A stretch of DNA of 64,000 bases from an uncultured Bacilli bacterium (GCA_934086935.1 CAKOIQ010000003.1:5528-69527), one strand, 5' to 3'. Positions 1 to 11,190 are shown, counted from the stretch's first letter. Notes: generated by a model not told the origin, from the sequence alone. Made by a program: numbers and translations.

Positions 1-642
1 GTATCCGACTATGTTATTTGCTGAGGCCGGTAGTCTTACTGATGAATTGGTATCTGTACCTAAAGCTGCTGAAGCTAGAGATGCCGCTACCGCGACAGCT
101 GAGCCACCTGATGATCCATAAGGAGTATATTCTAAATTATATGCATTTTTTACGGTACCATATGAACTTTTAGATGAACTGGCATAGAATGCTAATTCTG
201 ACATGTTTGCTTTAGCTAGTATTATGGCTCCTGCATCAATTAATTTTTGAATTACTTCTGCATTTTGCTTAGGATAATTATCTTGTAAAGATTTAGTTCC
301 AGATGTGGTTGGCATGCCTAATACATCAATATTATCTTTAACTATAATAGGAATACCATGAATAGACGATCTTACTTTACCGGTTGCTCTTTCTTTATCC
401 AACTCTTCGGCTTGAGTTAAGGCATTTTCATTAATAGATATTATGGCATTATAATCTTTATAAGCATCTATTCTTTCTAAATAGATATTAACTAATTGTT
501 TACTTGTAATTATATTATTATCAAGTGCAGTTGATATTTCTTCCATACTCATAGTTGTTATGTCTATTGGAGCTGATGAAATTGCATAAATATTAATTGG
601 AATTAAAATTAATATAATTATTAGAAGTTTTTTAATAGACAT
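1..642 (-). CDS. amidase-signature family amidase, probably secreted (C-terminal part lies beyond the window start)
   Basis: Own minus-strand translation from ATG at 640-642: [20 protein letters not shown]... (signal-peptide-like). Later ...[34 protein letters not shown] is the amidase signature (GGSSGG...GTD..S.R.PA). Absent from the ORF track because the window edge truncates it. Confidence 0.75.
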   Translation of the reverse strand, partial: MSIKKLLIIILILIPINIYAISSAPIDITTMSMEEISTALDNNIITSKQLVNIYLERIDAYKDYNAIISINENALTQAEELDKERATGKVRSSIHGIPIIVKDNIDVLGMPTTSGTKSLQDNYPKQNAEVIQKLIDAGAIILAKANMSELAFYASSSKSSYGTVKNAYNLEYTPYGSSGGSAVAVAASLASAALGTDTNSSVRLPASANNIVGY

Positions 643-1069
643 CTTTTATAGCTTTCTTTAATTCTTTTTCTTTTAATGAAGCTCTTTTATCATAGTTATG
701 TTTACCTTTGCAAACTCCAATTTTTACTTTAGCTTTATTATTTTTTAAATATACTTCTAAAGGAATTAGTGTATATCCTTCTTTATCACTATCTTCTTTT
801 AATCTTTTAATTTCATTTTTATGAAGAAGTAATTTTCTAGTTCTTCTTTCTTCGTGATTAAATCTATTACCTTCGTCATATTTTGCAATAAACATATTCA
901 AAAGATAAGCTTCATCATTTTTAATTTTGGCGTATGAATCTTTAATATTAGCACTACCTTTACGTAGTGATTTGATTTCGGTACCGGTTAATACAATTCC
1001 AGCTTCTATTTCTTTATCAATAAAATAATCATAACTTGCTTTGCGGTTTTTTATTTCCACGTTTATCAC
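632..1069 (-). CDS. smpB: SsrA-binding protein SmpB
   Basis: 145 aa. ...[10 protein letters not shown]...[13 protein letters not shown]... is typical SmpB, and secG-rnr-smpB synteny fits. Both candidate starts are GTG (1069 or 1060). 1060 has better spacing from the AGAGG Shine-Dalgarno. Confidence 0.95.
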   Translation of the reverse strand: MINVEIKNRKASYDYFIDKEIEAGIVLTGTEIKSLRKGSANIKDSYAKIKNDEAYLLNMFIAKYDEGNRFNHEERRTRKLLLHKNEIKRLKEDSDKEGYTLIPLEVYLKNNKAKVKIGVCKGKHNYDKRASLKEKELKKAIKDVY

Positions 1070-3170
1070 CCTCTAATAATACAAAATCAATTGTTGCTGC
1101 GGCTTTGCTTGCTCCTATGCATTTAACTTTAACTTTATCGCCTAAACGATATTTTACTTTAGTATTTTGTCCAACTATAGAAAATAATTCTGGTACATAA
1201 CTATAGTAGTCACCTTCTAATGTATTTATATGAATTAATCCTTCAATTAAATTTGATAAGCAGACAAACATACCAAAATTTGTAACTGTGCTGATAGTTC
1301 CTTCAAATACTTCTCCGATATGGTTTTCCATAAATTCTGCCATTTTCATATCATCAACTTCACGTTCTGCATCGATAGCAGCTTGTTCTCTTTCACTAGA
1401 ATTTAAAGCAATGTAATCTAAATTACTATCCCAATAATTAATTGTTTGGTTGTCCATATTATTTTCAAAAAAGTAAGTTCTTAATAATCTGTGAACTGTT
1501 AAATCTGGATAACGTCTAATTGGGCTGGTGAAATGAGTATAGCATTTACTGCCTAAGCCAAAGTGTCCAATATTTTCTTTTGAATAAACTGCTTTTTGCA
1601 TTGATCTTAATAATAATTCTGATAAAATTGGAGTTTCGGGTTTATCTTGTAATTGAGCAAGAATTTTTTGAAAACTAGTTGGTTTGATATCTTTAAATTT
1701 ACCAACTATTTTATATCCCATTAAACTAACTAAATGTAGATAGTCATCAACTTTTTCTTTTTTTGGTTCCCCGTGAACACGATAAATAAATGGGACTCCC
1801 ATGTTATAAGCATGACTTGCAACGGTTTCATTGGCGGCTATCATAAAGTCCTCAATTAATTTTTCAGCATCTTCTCTTTCAACTTTAATAATGTCTGTAC
1901 ATATTCCATCTTTATCACAAATTATTTTGGGTTCATCAATATTAAAATCAATGTATCCTCTATTTTCTTTTGCTTTTCTTAATATATGAGCTAAATTATT
2001 CATTTCTTTTAAAGTATCTGCATACAGTTCATAATCTTCTGCAATAATATCTCTCATAATGATGTCATTAACTTTTTTATATGTCATTTGTTTTCTTGAT
2101 TTGATATAGCTTGGAAAAATATCATATTTTATAATATTACCTTTGTGATCGATGTTCATAACGCAAGATAAAGTTAATCTGATAACGTTAGGGTTTAATG
2201 AACAAATTCCATTTGATAATAAATGTGGTAACATTGGAATTACTGAATATGCTAGGTATGAACTCGTTCCTCTTCTAAAGGCATCTTGATCTAAAGGACT
2301 ATCTTTGGTTACATAATGTGATACATCAGCAATGTGAACTCCTAATTCAAAAGTACCATCTTTTAGTTTTTTATAACTTATGGCATCGTCTATATCTTTT
2401 GTATCATCACCATCAATTGTAAAAATCATTTCGTTTGTTAAATCTTTTCTTCCTCTTAGTTCTGATTCTTGAACTTCAGTTGGTAAATGTTCTGCTTGAT
2501 CAATGGCTTCTTTACTGAATTCTTCGTAAATTTCATGTTTATAAGCAATAGTTTTAATATCAACTCCTGGGTCATCTTTATGGCCAATGACGCTAACAAC
2601 TTTACCAATATAATTATTTCTAGATTTTTCTTTTACTAAATTTACTACTACTTTAGTACCGTCTACACAATTATTAGTTGTATTAGGATCTAATTCTACG
2701 GTTATTTTTTTCTTTTTATCGTCTAAGATTAAAGTTGGTTTTTTATCTTTAAATAAGATTTCACCGATAATATTTTTAGTATTACGATTTAATATTTTAA
2801 CTACGCGACCTTCTTCTTTTCCTTTATATTTAATTAGTTCAACAAGAACTTCATCTCCATCTATTGCACTATTTAAGTTACAATAATCAATGTAAATATC
2901 TTCTCCTTCTTGTAACAGGAATCCATTTCCGGCTTTATTAACGCTTAATTTTCCAACTTTAATTCCTGGAGCATTATCATATAAGATGTATTTGTCTTTT
3001 TTAGTTTTAAATACTTTATATTCATTTACTAGTTCTTCTAATGTTAATTCTACTTGTTTTAATTCTTCGGCACTAGATAAACCTAGCAAATCATTAATTT
3101 GAATTAATGTTTGAGCTTCATGTTTGTCTTTTAATACTTCTAATATATTATTTTTCATACTTTTCACCAT
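1029..3170 (-). CDS. rnr: ribonuclease R
   Basis: 713 aa. RNB catalytic motif [17 protein letters not shown]-terminal OB/cold-shock region and C-terminal S1 domain ([18 protein letters not shown]). Confidence 0.95.
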   Translation of the reverse strand: MVKSMKNNILEVLKDKHEAQTLIQINDLLGLSSAEELKQVELTLEELVNEYKVFKTKKDKYILYDNAPGIKVGKLSVNKAGNGFLLQEGEDIYIDYCNLNSAIDGDEVLVELIKYKGKEEGRVVKILNRNTKNIIGEILFKDKKPTLILDDKKKKITVELDPNTTNNCVDGTKVVVNLVKEKSRNNYIGKVVSVIGHKDDPGVDIKTIAYKHEIYEEFSKEAIDQAEHLPTEVQESELRGRKDLTNEMIFTIDGDDTKDIDDAISYKKLKDGTFELGVHIADVSHYVTKDSPLDQDAFRRGTSSYLAYSVIPMLPHLLSNGICSLNPNVIRLTLSCVMNIDHKGNIIKYDIFPSYIKSRKQMTYKKVNDIIMRDIIAEDYELYADTLKEMNNLAHILRKAKENRGYIDFNIDEPKIICDKDGICTDIIKVEREDAEKLIEDFMIAANETVASHAYNMGVPFIYRVHGEPKKEKVDDYLHLVSLMGYKIVGKFKDIKPTSFQKILAQLQDKPETPILSELLLRSMQKAVYSKENIGHFGLGSKCYTHFTSPIRRYPDLTVHRLLRTYFFENNMDNQTINYWDSNLDYIALNSSEREQAAIDAEREVDDMKMAEFMENHIGEVFEGTISTVTNFGMFVCLSNLIEGLIHINTLEGDYYSYVPELFSIVGQNTKVKYRLGDKVKVKCIGASKAAATIDFVLLEGDKRGNKKPQSKL

Positions 3171-3202
3171 TTTGATTATATCATATATTTATTTTAATAA
3201 TT

Positions 3203-3227
3203 AAAAAAATGCCTTTTGTAGGCATTT
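3203..3227 (-). terminator. rho-independent terminator after secG
   Basis: Minus strand reads AAATGCC-TACAAAA-GGCATTT followed by a T-run, immediately after the secG stop. Confidence 0.6.
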
Positions 3228-3229
3228 GA

Positions 3230-3445
3230 TTAACTCATATAAATTATGAAAGACATTACAAAGAAGGCTAAACCTAATACTAAAGTAATTCTACTTAGTA
3301 ATAATTCAGAACCTCTTTCTTTTTGATTAGAAAATAATTCAGTATTTCCACCAGAGATAATTTGACTGGCATCGCTTGCTTTATTACTTTGTAATAATAC
3401 TAATGCAATTAATAATACTGATATAATTAATAATGCTGTTTCCAT
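3230..3445 (-). CDS. secG: preprotein translocase subunit SecG
   Basis: 71 aa with two TM helices and a central GGN..LF...ERG-type loop. Located upstream of rnr-smpB as in Bacillus. Confidence 0.85.
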   Translation of the reverse strand: METALLIISVLLIALVLLQSNKASDASQIISGGNTELFSNQKERGSELLLSRITLVLGLAFFVMSFIIYMS

Positions 3446-3508
3446 ATATAATCACCTGACATGTTATAATTTAACATAAAGTTTTAAGTTTTGCAAGATA
3501 ATATCTGT

Positions 3509-4453
3509 TTATATGTTAGATAACTTCTTATATTGCTCGGAAAATTTTGTATACATGTTGCCAAATCTACCATAATTTTTTATTTCACAATCAGTAATCA
3601 TTTTTAATAATGAATATAGTCTGTATACTTCTATTCGAACAGTTTCATCATAATTAAGTTTTTTGTTATTATAACCTAATAAAAAGTATTCATCCTTTTC
3701 GCAATCAGTTAAATGAAAATAAAAGGTCATTAATTCATCACAATAAAATGTATCATTAAAATCTAATATTCCAGAGATTTTACCATTTTTAACTAGGATG
3801 TTGCCGTCCCATAAATCAGTATTACATAAACTTATTTGGTTAACTTTTTTTAATTCTTTTTCTTTTGATTTAACCAATGATAGTATTTCTGATGCAGTTA
3901 TTCCTTCGATATTTATATGATGTGTTTTATATACTTTTAAGATACTTTGAAACATAAATTTGACAAGTTCATAGTTATTATTAAACACTTCTTGTGGAAA
4001 TGATGGAATAAAGTATTTATCTTTTTTGATTGAACTTATTTTATATGTGATTTTACCCAGTTCATATGATATTTTATTTTTTTGCTCTTTACTAATATTT
4101 TCTTTACAGTCGTTATAATTGTTGCCTTCAATATAACTCATTATTAAAAATGGATGATTATATTCTTCGAAACCATCTGAATAATAAATAAGTTTAGGTA
4201 TATTATGTATAACATCTTTTAATTCTTTTAATATTTGTGCTTCCCACCAAATTGTATTTTTATCAATTGGTGCTATTTTTTTATTAATTGGTTCTGTTTT
4301 TAGTACATAGTACTTTTGACCATCGTCAAGAAGATATACAAGATTTTTTAAACCGCCACTTAGTTTCTTTATTCCTAATTTTGTTGGAACATTATTAAAA
4401 GCACAATAATACATTTTTTTAATTATCACTGTAGTTAATTTATTGTTTGTCAT
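3509..4453 (-). CDS. aminoglycoside/choline-kinase-type phosphotransferase (APH family)
   Basis: 314 aa. Catalytic-loop pattern LCNTDLWDGNILV...GILDFND matches the H/N.D....N ... D.. motifs of the APH/choline kinase fold. Overlaps the upstream GT2 gene by 14 nt, so probably one operon. Confidence 0.7.
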   Translation of the reverse strand: MTNNKLTTVIIKKMYYCAFNNVPTKLGIKKLSGGLKNLVYLLDDGQKYYVLKTEPINKKIAPIDKNTIWWEAQILKELKDVIHNIPKLIYYSDGFEEYNHPFLIMSYIEGNNYNDCKENISKEQKNKISYELGKITYKISSIKKDKYFIPSFPQEVFNNNYELVKFMFQSILKVYKTHHINIEGITASEILSLVKSKEKELKKVNQISLCNTDLWDGNILVKNGKISGILDFNDTFYCDELMTFYFHLTDCEKDEYFLLGYNNKKLNYDETVRIEVYRLYSLLKMITDCEIKNYGRFGNMYTKFSEQYKKLSNI

Positions 4454-6308
4454 ATTTTATACACTTATATTCTTTCACATATTTTTTTAAAACTTTTTCA
4501 GTTAAATCATATTCTTCTTTGTTCATAGTTAGATGAAATATATTATCGAAAGCATATCTTCTAATCTTATTTTTATAGTCTTTTCTGATGTTTCTTTTTA
4601 ATTCAGCTAAATTAATAAATTGAAATCCTTTTGTATTGTTTGTAAATTCATAGAAACTTACTTCTGGTTCAAAATTAATTATGGTTATTTCATTGTTTTC
4701 AAATTGATTATATAATGTTGCGTATTTGATAAAACTAACACCTTCTGCTTCATGATTTTCAACGTAAATATCTTTTATAAAATCTTCATATTTATCTTTT
4801 AAATCAATGTTAATTATTTCTTCTATTTTACCATTTTGACGAATTCGACTAATAATTTCATCTTTTTGATTGTTATTTAGTGAATTCCATAATATACCTA
4901 TACAATGAATTTTTTGTTTATATATTTCTTTTTTAGATATTATTTTTTTATCAATAAATATATTTAATAATAAAATTATATTGTTTAAATCTCTATACTT
5001 TTGAACATTTGGAGTATTTATCAATAATTTTGTTAATTTATTATAAACCTCTAATATTTCTTTATGATATTCATTTCTTTTTAATAGTTTTTTATTATAA
5101 TCTCTTAGATAATATTTTAAAATATGTACATAACTGTTATATAGGATTTTATCTGCTATATCTTGATATTTCTTACCTTTTTTAATTAAATATTTTGCTT
5201 TTTCTTCACCCCATACGCTAAGAGTAAAGAATCTTTCTGAAAACTTTCTAGCTGTTAAAGATTCACTATCTCTTTTTATGTAATGATATAATGGTCTATT
5301 TATTTGAGTAAATGATAATTCTTTATCACATAATCTAAATGTGTAATCTGTATCTTCTTTAAAGAAATCATTTTTAAATTTTATTTTTTTTATTTTATTT
5401 AATTTGTACATTTTATTCCATGAGGCGATGGTTAATCCTGCAGTTGTATATTCATTTAATAAATCGTATCTTTTATTTAAATACTTAAAGTTTTTAATTA
5501 TTAGTGAATAATCTATTATAGTATTATCTTTATTATGAATAAAGAAGCCACATTCACAGATATCTGCATTCATGGTTGTAATTTGTCTTAACATATCTTC
5601 AACCATGGTTTTTTCAACAAAATCATCAGAATCAATAAAGCAAATGTATTGGCCAGTAGCCGCATCTATACCACTGTTTCTTGCTTCACTTAATCCGGCA
5701 TTCTTTTTGTGAATTACTTTTATTCTATTATCTAATTTAGCAAATTCGTCGCAAATTTGTGGTGAATTGTCAGTAGAACCATCATCAACTAGAATTATTT
5801 CAATTTTTTTATATGATTGGTTTATTAAACTAGTTATACATTTTGATAAATATTTTGATGTGTTATAAACGGGTGCTACCATTGTAACAACTACATTGCT
5901 TTTAAAATTATAATTAATTTTTTCTTCTATAATCTTTTTCCAATCATCATATTTAAGATTTATATTAAGATGATAATATTTTTCTTTTGGACAATTATAT
6001 ATAATAAATTGTTCAGATCTTTCAACTCCTAAATTTCCTGAAGATGTTGCCGAAGTAATATTTATAATATAATCACATTTATTAATATAGTCTCCATAAT
6101 ATTCTAATTTTGTATAATCAATAACTAATTTGTCATATTTTAGATATTTTTCCACTTCATCATCTAGTTTTTGTTTTTCACAATATATTTTTGTAGGGCT
6201 TTTTAAAAATTCATCACAATCTAAATATTTGTATCCTTTCTGTTTAAAATATTTTTTTAAGTTATTTTTTCCTTCTTTTGTTATGTTATTTCCTATTCCA
6301 ATTTTCAT
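4440..6308 (-). CDS. multidomain family-2 glycosyltransferase
   Basis: 622 aa. The central region VTMVAPVYNTSKYLSKCITSLINQSYKKIEIILVDDGSTDNS...ARNSGI...FIDSDDF is a classic GT2 (GT-A, DxD) domain. About 135 N-terminal and 150 C-terminal residues are extra domains of unknown function. Confidence 0.8.
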   Translation of the reverse strand: MKIGIGNNITKEGKNNLKKYFKQKGYKYLDCDEFLKSPTKIYCEKQKLDDEVEKYLKYDKLVIDYTKLEYYGDYINKCDYIINITSATSSGNLGVERSEQFIIYNCPKEKYYHLNINLKYDDWKKIIEEKINYNFKSNVVVTMVAPVYNTSKYLSKCITSLINQSYKKIEIILVDDGSTDNSPQICDEFAKLDNRIKVIHKKNAGLSEARNSGIDAATGQYICFIDSDDFVEKTMVEDMLRQITTMNADICECGFFIHNKDNTIIDYSLIIKNFKYLNKRYDLLNEYTTAGLTIASWNKMYKLNKIKKIKFKNDFFKEDTDYTFRLCDKELSFTQINRPLYHYIKRDSESLTARKFSERFFTLSVWGEEKAKYLIKKGKKYQDIADKILYNSYVHILKYYLRDYNKKLLKRNEYHKEILEVYNKLTKLLINTPNVQKYRDLNNIILLLNIFIDKKIISKKEIYKQKIHCIGILWNSLNNNQKDEIISRIRQNGKIEEIINIDLKDKYEDFIKDIYVENHEAEGVSFIKYATLYNQFENNEITIINFEPEVSFYEFTNNTKGFQFINLAELKRNIRKDYKNKIRRYAFDNIFHLTMNKEEYDLTEKVLKKYVKEYKCIKYDKQ

Positions 6309-6458
6309 ATTTTTTCCTCCTGCTTTAATATTATTTGATTTTATTTAATTTTTTTAGGAAAAAAAATTCTTAATTATTTTAAAAAATTCCGAGAATTTAT
6401 TAAATACTTCTGGACATCAAAAATTGATGTGTTATAATAAGCCCGATGGGGTGATACT

Positions 6459-7943
6459 GTGGATAGTCAATTATTAGATTCAATTAATATTAAAACTTAT
6501 CCCGAGTTAATTGTTAATTTTCTTAAAGATAACAATATAAACTCAAATTTTAACAATCTAAGAGGATTTTATAATGAGCTTCTTGCTTCTTTAAGTGATG
6601 ATATACGTGATTCATATTTAAATAGAATTTTAAAATATTTATCTGCTAAAGAAGAAAGTAATATATACATTTTGGATGACATTGGTAATGGGATTTATGA
6701 AAATGAGCTTATGAATTTCTTTAATAAAGTTCATGGTGAAATTAATAAATCTAAAAATTCATTATTATTTTATAAAAAGTTATGTGGATTATGTTCTTTT
6801 ATTTATTTTAACAATAATGAAAGTGACAGTATAAAAAATGAATTTGATAAAGCCAATTATTCTGCAATGCTTTATAAATTATTTGGCCATGCGGCAATAA
6901 ATTATAAAACTAATACACCTAAAATTTTAGCAGAAAGACTACTTCAAGAAGCATTGTGTTTAGCTAAAACAAATGTTACGAGAGGTATAATTCTTAAAAT
7001 GGCTGCTGATTTAGGTAATGATTTAGCTTGTCATTTATATGCTTCGGTGGTTTATGATGATTATATAGAAAGATGCGTATATTATTTAAAAGGTAAGAAT
7101 ATGGCTTGTAATTTATGGGAACTAGCTTTTATTATTGAACACTATGAATTAAATAAAGATCAGTATGATAATATTATAAGAGAACTTAAAGATATATTAA
7201 AAAATATACGTAATGTTTTTGAAGATAAAATCATTGTTTTGGATGCTAAAAATGAATTTGAAAGTAATTGTACTCTATTAGCTTTTGAATTGAATTTATA
7301 TTTGGTACATATTAAAAAATTCTCTAAAGCTTATTGTAGTATAGGCAAATATTTTTTTATTCATAAAATTGCGGTTGTAAATGATGACGGAACAGTTAAT
7401 GAAGAAAAATCCATTGAATATGCTTTAAATTATTCTTATAAGGCTGTCAGATTAGGAAATATTGCGGCAATGGAAAATATCGCAACTTATTACTATAAAC
7501 ATAAGGAGAAAGGAAATTTTGATTATAGAGAATTTTTCAAAATTGGTGCTGATGCCAAATTTATAATATCAAGTGAACATCTTACTAAAATTTTAATGGA
7601 AGAAAATAATATGGATGATGCTGAAATGTATTTAAAATTCATTGCTAATTATAATAAAAGTGATGCTCAATATAAGTTAGCTAAACTTTATGAAAACAAG
7701 TTTAGATTTGATGATGCAATTGAATATTATGAAAAAGCAATAAATAATAATCTGTATTCTGCTTCTATTGATTTGGCTAAATTATATTTTAAAAAGTATA
7801 TGATGCAAGTATCTAAAGATAATAGTAAAAAGGGATATTTATTATTGGCGGTTAATCTTATCAATTCTTACTATGATAAGTATAACGAGGAAGAGAAAAA
7901 AGAAGCTGATTATTTATTAAAAACATTTAAAGATTTATTATAA
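6459..7943 (+). CDS. Sel1/TPR-like repeat protein, function unknown
   Basis: 494 aa with a GTG start. The C-terminal half has repeated A..YY...G...D...A..YF/Y.KA patterns (e.g. YKLAKLYENKFRFDDAIEYYEKAI) typical of Sel1-like repeats. No TM segment or signal peptide. Confidence 0.6.
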   Translation: MDSQLLDSINIKTYPELIVNFLKDNNINSNFNNLRGFYNELLASLSDDIRDSYLNRILKYLSAKEESNIYILDDIGNGIYENELMNFFNKVHGEINKSKNSLLFYKKLCGLCSFIYFNNNESDSIKNEFDKANYSAMLYKLFGHAAINYKTNTPKILAERLLQEALCLAKTNVTRGIILKMAADLGNDLACHLYASVVYDDYIERCVYYLKGKNMACNLWELAFIIEHYELNKDQYDNIIRELKDILKNIRNVFEDKIIVLDAKNEFESNCTLLAFELNLYLVHIKKFSKAYCSIGKYFFIHKIAVVNDDGTVNEEKSIEYALNYSYKAVRLGNIAAMENIATYYYKHKEKGNFDYREFFKIGADAKFIISSEHLTKILMEENNMDDAEMYLKFIANYNKSDAQYKLAKLYENKFRFDDAIEYYEKAINNNLYSASIDLAKLYFKKYMMQVSKDNSKKGYLLLAVNLINSYYDKYNEEEKKEADYLLKTFKDLL

Positions 7944-7945
7944 AA

Positions 7946-7974
7946 AAAACTAAGCATTCAATTAGCTTAGTTTT
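7946..7974. terminator. bidirectional terminator shared by the Sel1-repeat gene and eno
   Basis: AAAACTAAGC-ATTCAATTA-GCTTAGTTTT with an A-run before and a T-run after. The right arm includes the eno stop codon. Confidence 0.6.
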
Positions 7975-9179
7975 TCTTCTATTCTTAATAATTGATTATA
8001 TTTAGCAATGCGTTCGCCTCTAGACATAGATCCGGTTTTAATATATCCAAGATTTAATCCTACTGCTAAGTCAGCAATAAATGTATCTTCGGTTTCTCCA
8101 CTACGATGAGAAATAATGGTTTTAAAATTGTTATCTTTTGCCAATTTAATTGTTTCTAACATTTCGGTAATTGTTCCAATTTGATTAGCTTTAAGTAGTA
8201 TTGAATTATTATAATGTTCATCTATTCCTTTTTGTAAGTATTCTATATTAGTAACAAAATAATCATCTCCTACTAGCAATATATCTTTGCCGATTTCGTT
8301 TGTTAACTTTTTGATTGATTCAATATCAGTTTCAGCAAATGCATCTTCAATACTAATAATTGGATATTTTTTTATTAATTCTTTGTAAAAAGTTATTAAT
8401 TGCTGTTTAGTTATTTTTTGTTTATTAATAGTGTACATTTCCCCATCATAAAATTCTGAAGCAGCACAATCAATTGCAATGCCAACTTCTTTTTTAGGAA
8501 TATATCCAGCTTTTTCTATAGCTTGAACAATAAAATTGAACGCTTCGTCTATTGTACTTAAATTTGGAGCAAAGCCGCCTTCATCTCCTACCGCTGTGGA
8601 AAAGCCGGTATCTTTCAACAATTGCTGCAAATGGTGAAAAACTTCAGAACCACATTGTATTCTTTCTTTCATAGTTTTTTGTTGAGGAACAATCATAAAT
8701 TCTTGGATTTCTAATCCTGAGGAAGCGTGAACACCACCATTTATGATATTCATCATTGGATAAGGAAGGGTGTATGGTCCTTCAAATAATTCATATATTT
8801 CTTTATTATTAATAATTGCTTGGGCTTTCATTATGCATAGTGAAACACTTAGTATTGCATTTGCACCTAAATTACTTTTATTTTTAGTTCCATCTAAATT
8901 TATTAATATTGTGTCTATTTCTTTTTGGTTAATTTCATGACCGATTAAAGCGTCTTTTATTATCGTGTTTACATTATTTACCGCTTTTAATACACCTTTT
9001 CCTAGAAATCTATTAGGATCTTTATCACGAAGTTCGAGTGCTTCATTAGCTCCGGTTGATGCGCCAGAAGGAACGCTGGCTCTTACCATTTGGCCATTAT
9101 CAAGATATAAATCAGTTTCTACAGTCGGATTACCTCTTGAATCAAGTATTTCTCTTGAAATAATATTTTTAATTGTCAT
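7962..9179 (-). CDS. eno: enolase (phosphopyruvate hydratase)
   Basis: 405 aa. REILDSRGNPTVE, SGASTG, GDEGGFAP, SHRSGETED and KTG..SR.ER.AKYNQLLRIEE motifs are present. Slightly shorter than Bacillus enolase because the C-terminal tail is missing. Confidence 0.95.
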   Translation of the reverse strand: MTIKNIISREILDSRGNPTVETDLYLDNGQMVRASVPSGASTGANEALELRDKDPNRFLGKGVLKAVNNVNTIIKDALIGHEINQKEIDTILINLDGTKNKSNLGANAILSVSLCIMKAQAIINNKEIYELFEGPYTLPYPMMNIINGGVHASSGLEIQEFMIVPQQKTMKERIQCGSEVFHHLQQLLKDTGFSTAVGDEGGFAPNLSTIDEAFNFIVQAIEKAGYIPKKEVGIAIDCAASEFYDGEMYTINKQKITKQQLITFYKELIKKYPIISIEDAFAETDIESIKKLTNEIGKDILLVGDDYFVTNIEYLQKGIDEHYNNSILLKANQIGTITEMLETIKLAKDNNFKTIISHRSGETEDTFIADLAVGLNLGYIKTGSMSRGERIAKYNQLLRIEEKLS

Positions 9180-9284
9180 GTTTGTCTCCTACTTTCTATT
9201 AAAATTATAAATTAATTGTAAATCATTAGCAAGTTTATTAACGGGACTTTACATTGTATGGTATAATTTTATAGAGGTGTTTTT

Positions 9285-10532
9285 ATGAGAATAATTGAAC
9301 TTACCATTCTTGAATTTGATAATTTTGCTTCAACACATCCCCTTAGAAACTATTGTCAAAATTCTAAGTACGCTAGATTGATGGGTGAAAAGGGATATTC
9401 ATATGAATATATCGGATACCAGGATGACAGTAACAATCTTGTAGCAGCTTCTTTAGTAGTTAATAAAAAGATTGATGGTGGAGCTAGATTTGCATATGCA
9501 CCTAAAGGTTTTTTAATTGATTATTATAATACAGAACTAGTTAAACTTTTTATTAAAGATTTGTTCATGTACTATAAGAAAAAAGGGATGGCGTTTATTA
9601 AAATAAATCCCGAAATAATCATTGGAGAAATTGATACTAGTCGTAATTTTACACCTATGTACAATCAAAATGTTAAGATTATTGATGTATTAAAAGATAT
9701 TGGGTTTAAAAGAAGAAGAGAAATTGTCCCTTTAGATTTTATTTATCCTAGAATTAGTCCTTATATTAATCTTAAAACTTTTGATATTAATAAATTAGAT
9801 GATGGATGTGTAGCCAAGATCGAGGCTGCCAGTAAAAATGGTTTGACTATTGAAGAAGCAACAAATAAAGATGTTAATATTTTTTATGATTTTATTAAAA
9901 ATGAGACTAAAGAGAATGTAAATTTTTTTAGAAGTTTATTAAATATTTATCAAGATGGTGATGCAGAACTATTACTTGTTAAAGCAGACTTTGAAGACTG
10001 TTTGATTAATGCAAGAGATAGATATCAAAAGGAATTAGACTTAAATAATTATTGGAATGAATTAATTCAAAATGATAATAGTGAACAAAATTTAAATAAT
10101 AAGATGCAATCTGATAAAAATTTAATTGCTTATAAAAATGAGTTAGTAGCTGCTACAGATAATTTGAAGAAAAATAAATACAAGTATGTAGGCGGTGCTA
10201 TAATTATAAAGTATAAAAACAGAGTTAGTGTTATTGCTAATGGCATTGATAAGAATGAATCATCTTTAAATGTTAATTACTATTTATTTAAAGCTTTAAT
10301 TGATAGATATAAAAATGATTATGACTTTTTAGATTTGAATGGTGTTGCTAGTAATTTCAATCAAGCCTCTAAATATTGGACTTTTAACGAAGAAAAACTT
10401 GATTTTAAACCTACATTATATGAATTTATTGGAGAGTTTGATTTAGTTATTAATGATAACGCTTTTAAAAGAATACAATCTAAAGGATTGTTATCTAAAG
10501 AATTTATTCCTTCTCATATTTTTAAGGAATAA
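9285..10532 (+). CDS. FemAB/MurM-family peptidoglycan interpeptide-bridge aminoacyltransferase
   Basis: 415 aa. N-terminal ...F.Q...YA.L....G......G........AA.L........FAYAPKG pattern, a central coiled-coil insert and a second GNAT-like half, as in the FemABX family. Confidence 0.75.
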   Translation: MRIIELTILEFDNFASTHPLRNYCQNSKYARLMGEKGYSYEYIGYQDDSNNLVAASLVVNKKIDGGARFAYAPKGFLIDYYNTELVKLFIKDLFMYYKKKGMAFIKINPEIIIGEIDTSRNFTPMYNQNVKIIDVLKDIGFKRRREIVPLDFIYPRISPYINLKTFDINKLDDGCVAKIEAASKNGLTIEEATNKDVNIFYDFIKNETKENVNFFRSLLNIYQDGDAELLLVKADFEDCLINARDRYQKELDLNNYWNELIQNDNSEQNLNNKMQSDKNLIAYKNELVAATDNLKKNKYKYVGGAIIIKYKNRVSVIANGIDKNESSLNVNYYLFKALIDRYKNDYDFLDLNGVASNFNQASKYWTFNEEKLDFKPTLYEFIGEFDLVINDNAFKRIQSKGLLSKEFIPSHIFKE

Positions 10533-10540
10533 GATATTTA

Positions 10541-10568
10541 AAAAACTTCAGTTTAAACTGAAGTTTTT
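10541..10568. terminator. bidirectional terminator between the femAB-like gene and rubrerythrin
   Basis: AAAAACTTCAG-TTTAAA-CTGAAGTTTTT, a perfect 11-bp stem flanked by A- and T-runs. Confidence 0.65.
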
Positions 10569-10571
10569 TCG

Positions 10572-11111
10572 TTAATAATTTTCTGCTTTCATTTCTTGAT
10601 AAGATTGAGGATGTTTGCATACTGGACAAATTATTGGAGCTGTTTCTCCATAGTATACATGTCCACAGTTTCTACAAATCCATACTGTTTCTGTACCTTT
10701 ATTAAATACAAGATTGTTTTCAATATTATCAACTAATTTTAAATATCTTTCTTCATGATGTTTTTCAATAATTGCTACTTGAGAAAATAATTCAGCAATT
10801 TGATCAAAACCTTCTTCTCTAGCAGTTTCAGCAAATTCTTTATACATTTCTGTCCATTCATAATTTTCACCATGGGCAGCATCTTTTAAATTTTCTAATG
10901 TATTAGGAACTTTTCCTCCGTTTAATTCTTTAAACCATAATTTAGCATGTTCTTTTTCATTGTTTGCAGTTTCTTCAAAAATTGCTGCTATTTGTTCATA
11001 TCCATCTTTTCTCGCTTGAGATGCATAGTATGTATATTTATTTCTAGCTTGACTTTCACCAGCGAAAGCTGCTAAGAGGTTAGCTTCTGTTTTACTACCT
11101 TTTAATTCCAT
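10572..11111 (-). CDS. rbr: rubrerythrin
   Basis: Di-iron four-helix motifs ([16 protein letters not shown]...[12 protein letters not shown]) plus a C-terminal rubredoxin-like CRNCGH...CPVCKHP. Start trimmed to MELKGSKTE... (ATG at 11111), preceded by GAAGG. The ORF-track extension to 11162 is unlikely. Confidence 0.9.
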   Translation of the reverse strand: MELKGSKTEANLLAAFAGESQARNKYTYYASQARKDGYEQIAAIFEETANNEKEHAKLWFKELNGGKVPNTLENLKDAAHGENYEWTEMYKEFAETAREEGFDQIAELFSQVAIIEKHHEERYLKLVDNIENNLVFNKGTETVWICRNCGHVYYGETAPIICPVCKHPQSYQEMKAENY

Positions 11112-11133
11112 TTCGTACCTTCTTTCTGATTTA

Positions 11134-11162
11134 ATTATATCATTTAAATATATGTTAATCAA
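11134..11162 (-). promoter_or_regulatory. sigma-A-type promoter for rubrerythrin
   Basis: Minus strand: TTGATT, 17 nt, TATAAT, about 20 nt upstream of the RBS. Confidence 0.45.
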
Positions 11163-11171
11163 ACAAGAAAA

Positions 11172-11190
11172 AAACAGATATTATCTGTTT
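11172..11190 (-). terminator. terminator at the end of typA
   Basis: Minus strand AAACAGA-TAATA-TCTGTTT followed by TTTTTCTTGTTT. The stop codon lies in the loop. The stem is short and AT-rich. Confidence 0.45.

Noticed and set aside
1029-1069. A 41-nt overlap between the rnr 3' end and the smpB 5' end.
   Set aside because: This is probably a start-site artefact. A second GTG at 1060 has better spacing from AGAGG. The remaining ~32-nt overlap is compatible with ordinary translational coupling.
7962-9179. The enolase is about 25 aa shorter than Bacillus enolase, raising the question of truncation or a pseudogene.
   Set aside because: All catalytic and metal-binding motifs that I can check are intact. 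The difference is a missing non-essential C-terminal tail plus small loop deletions.
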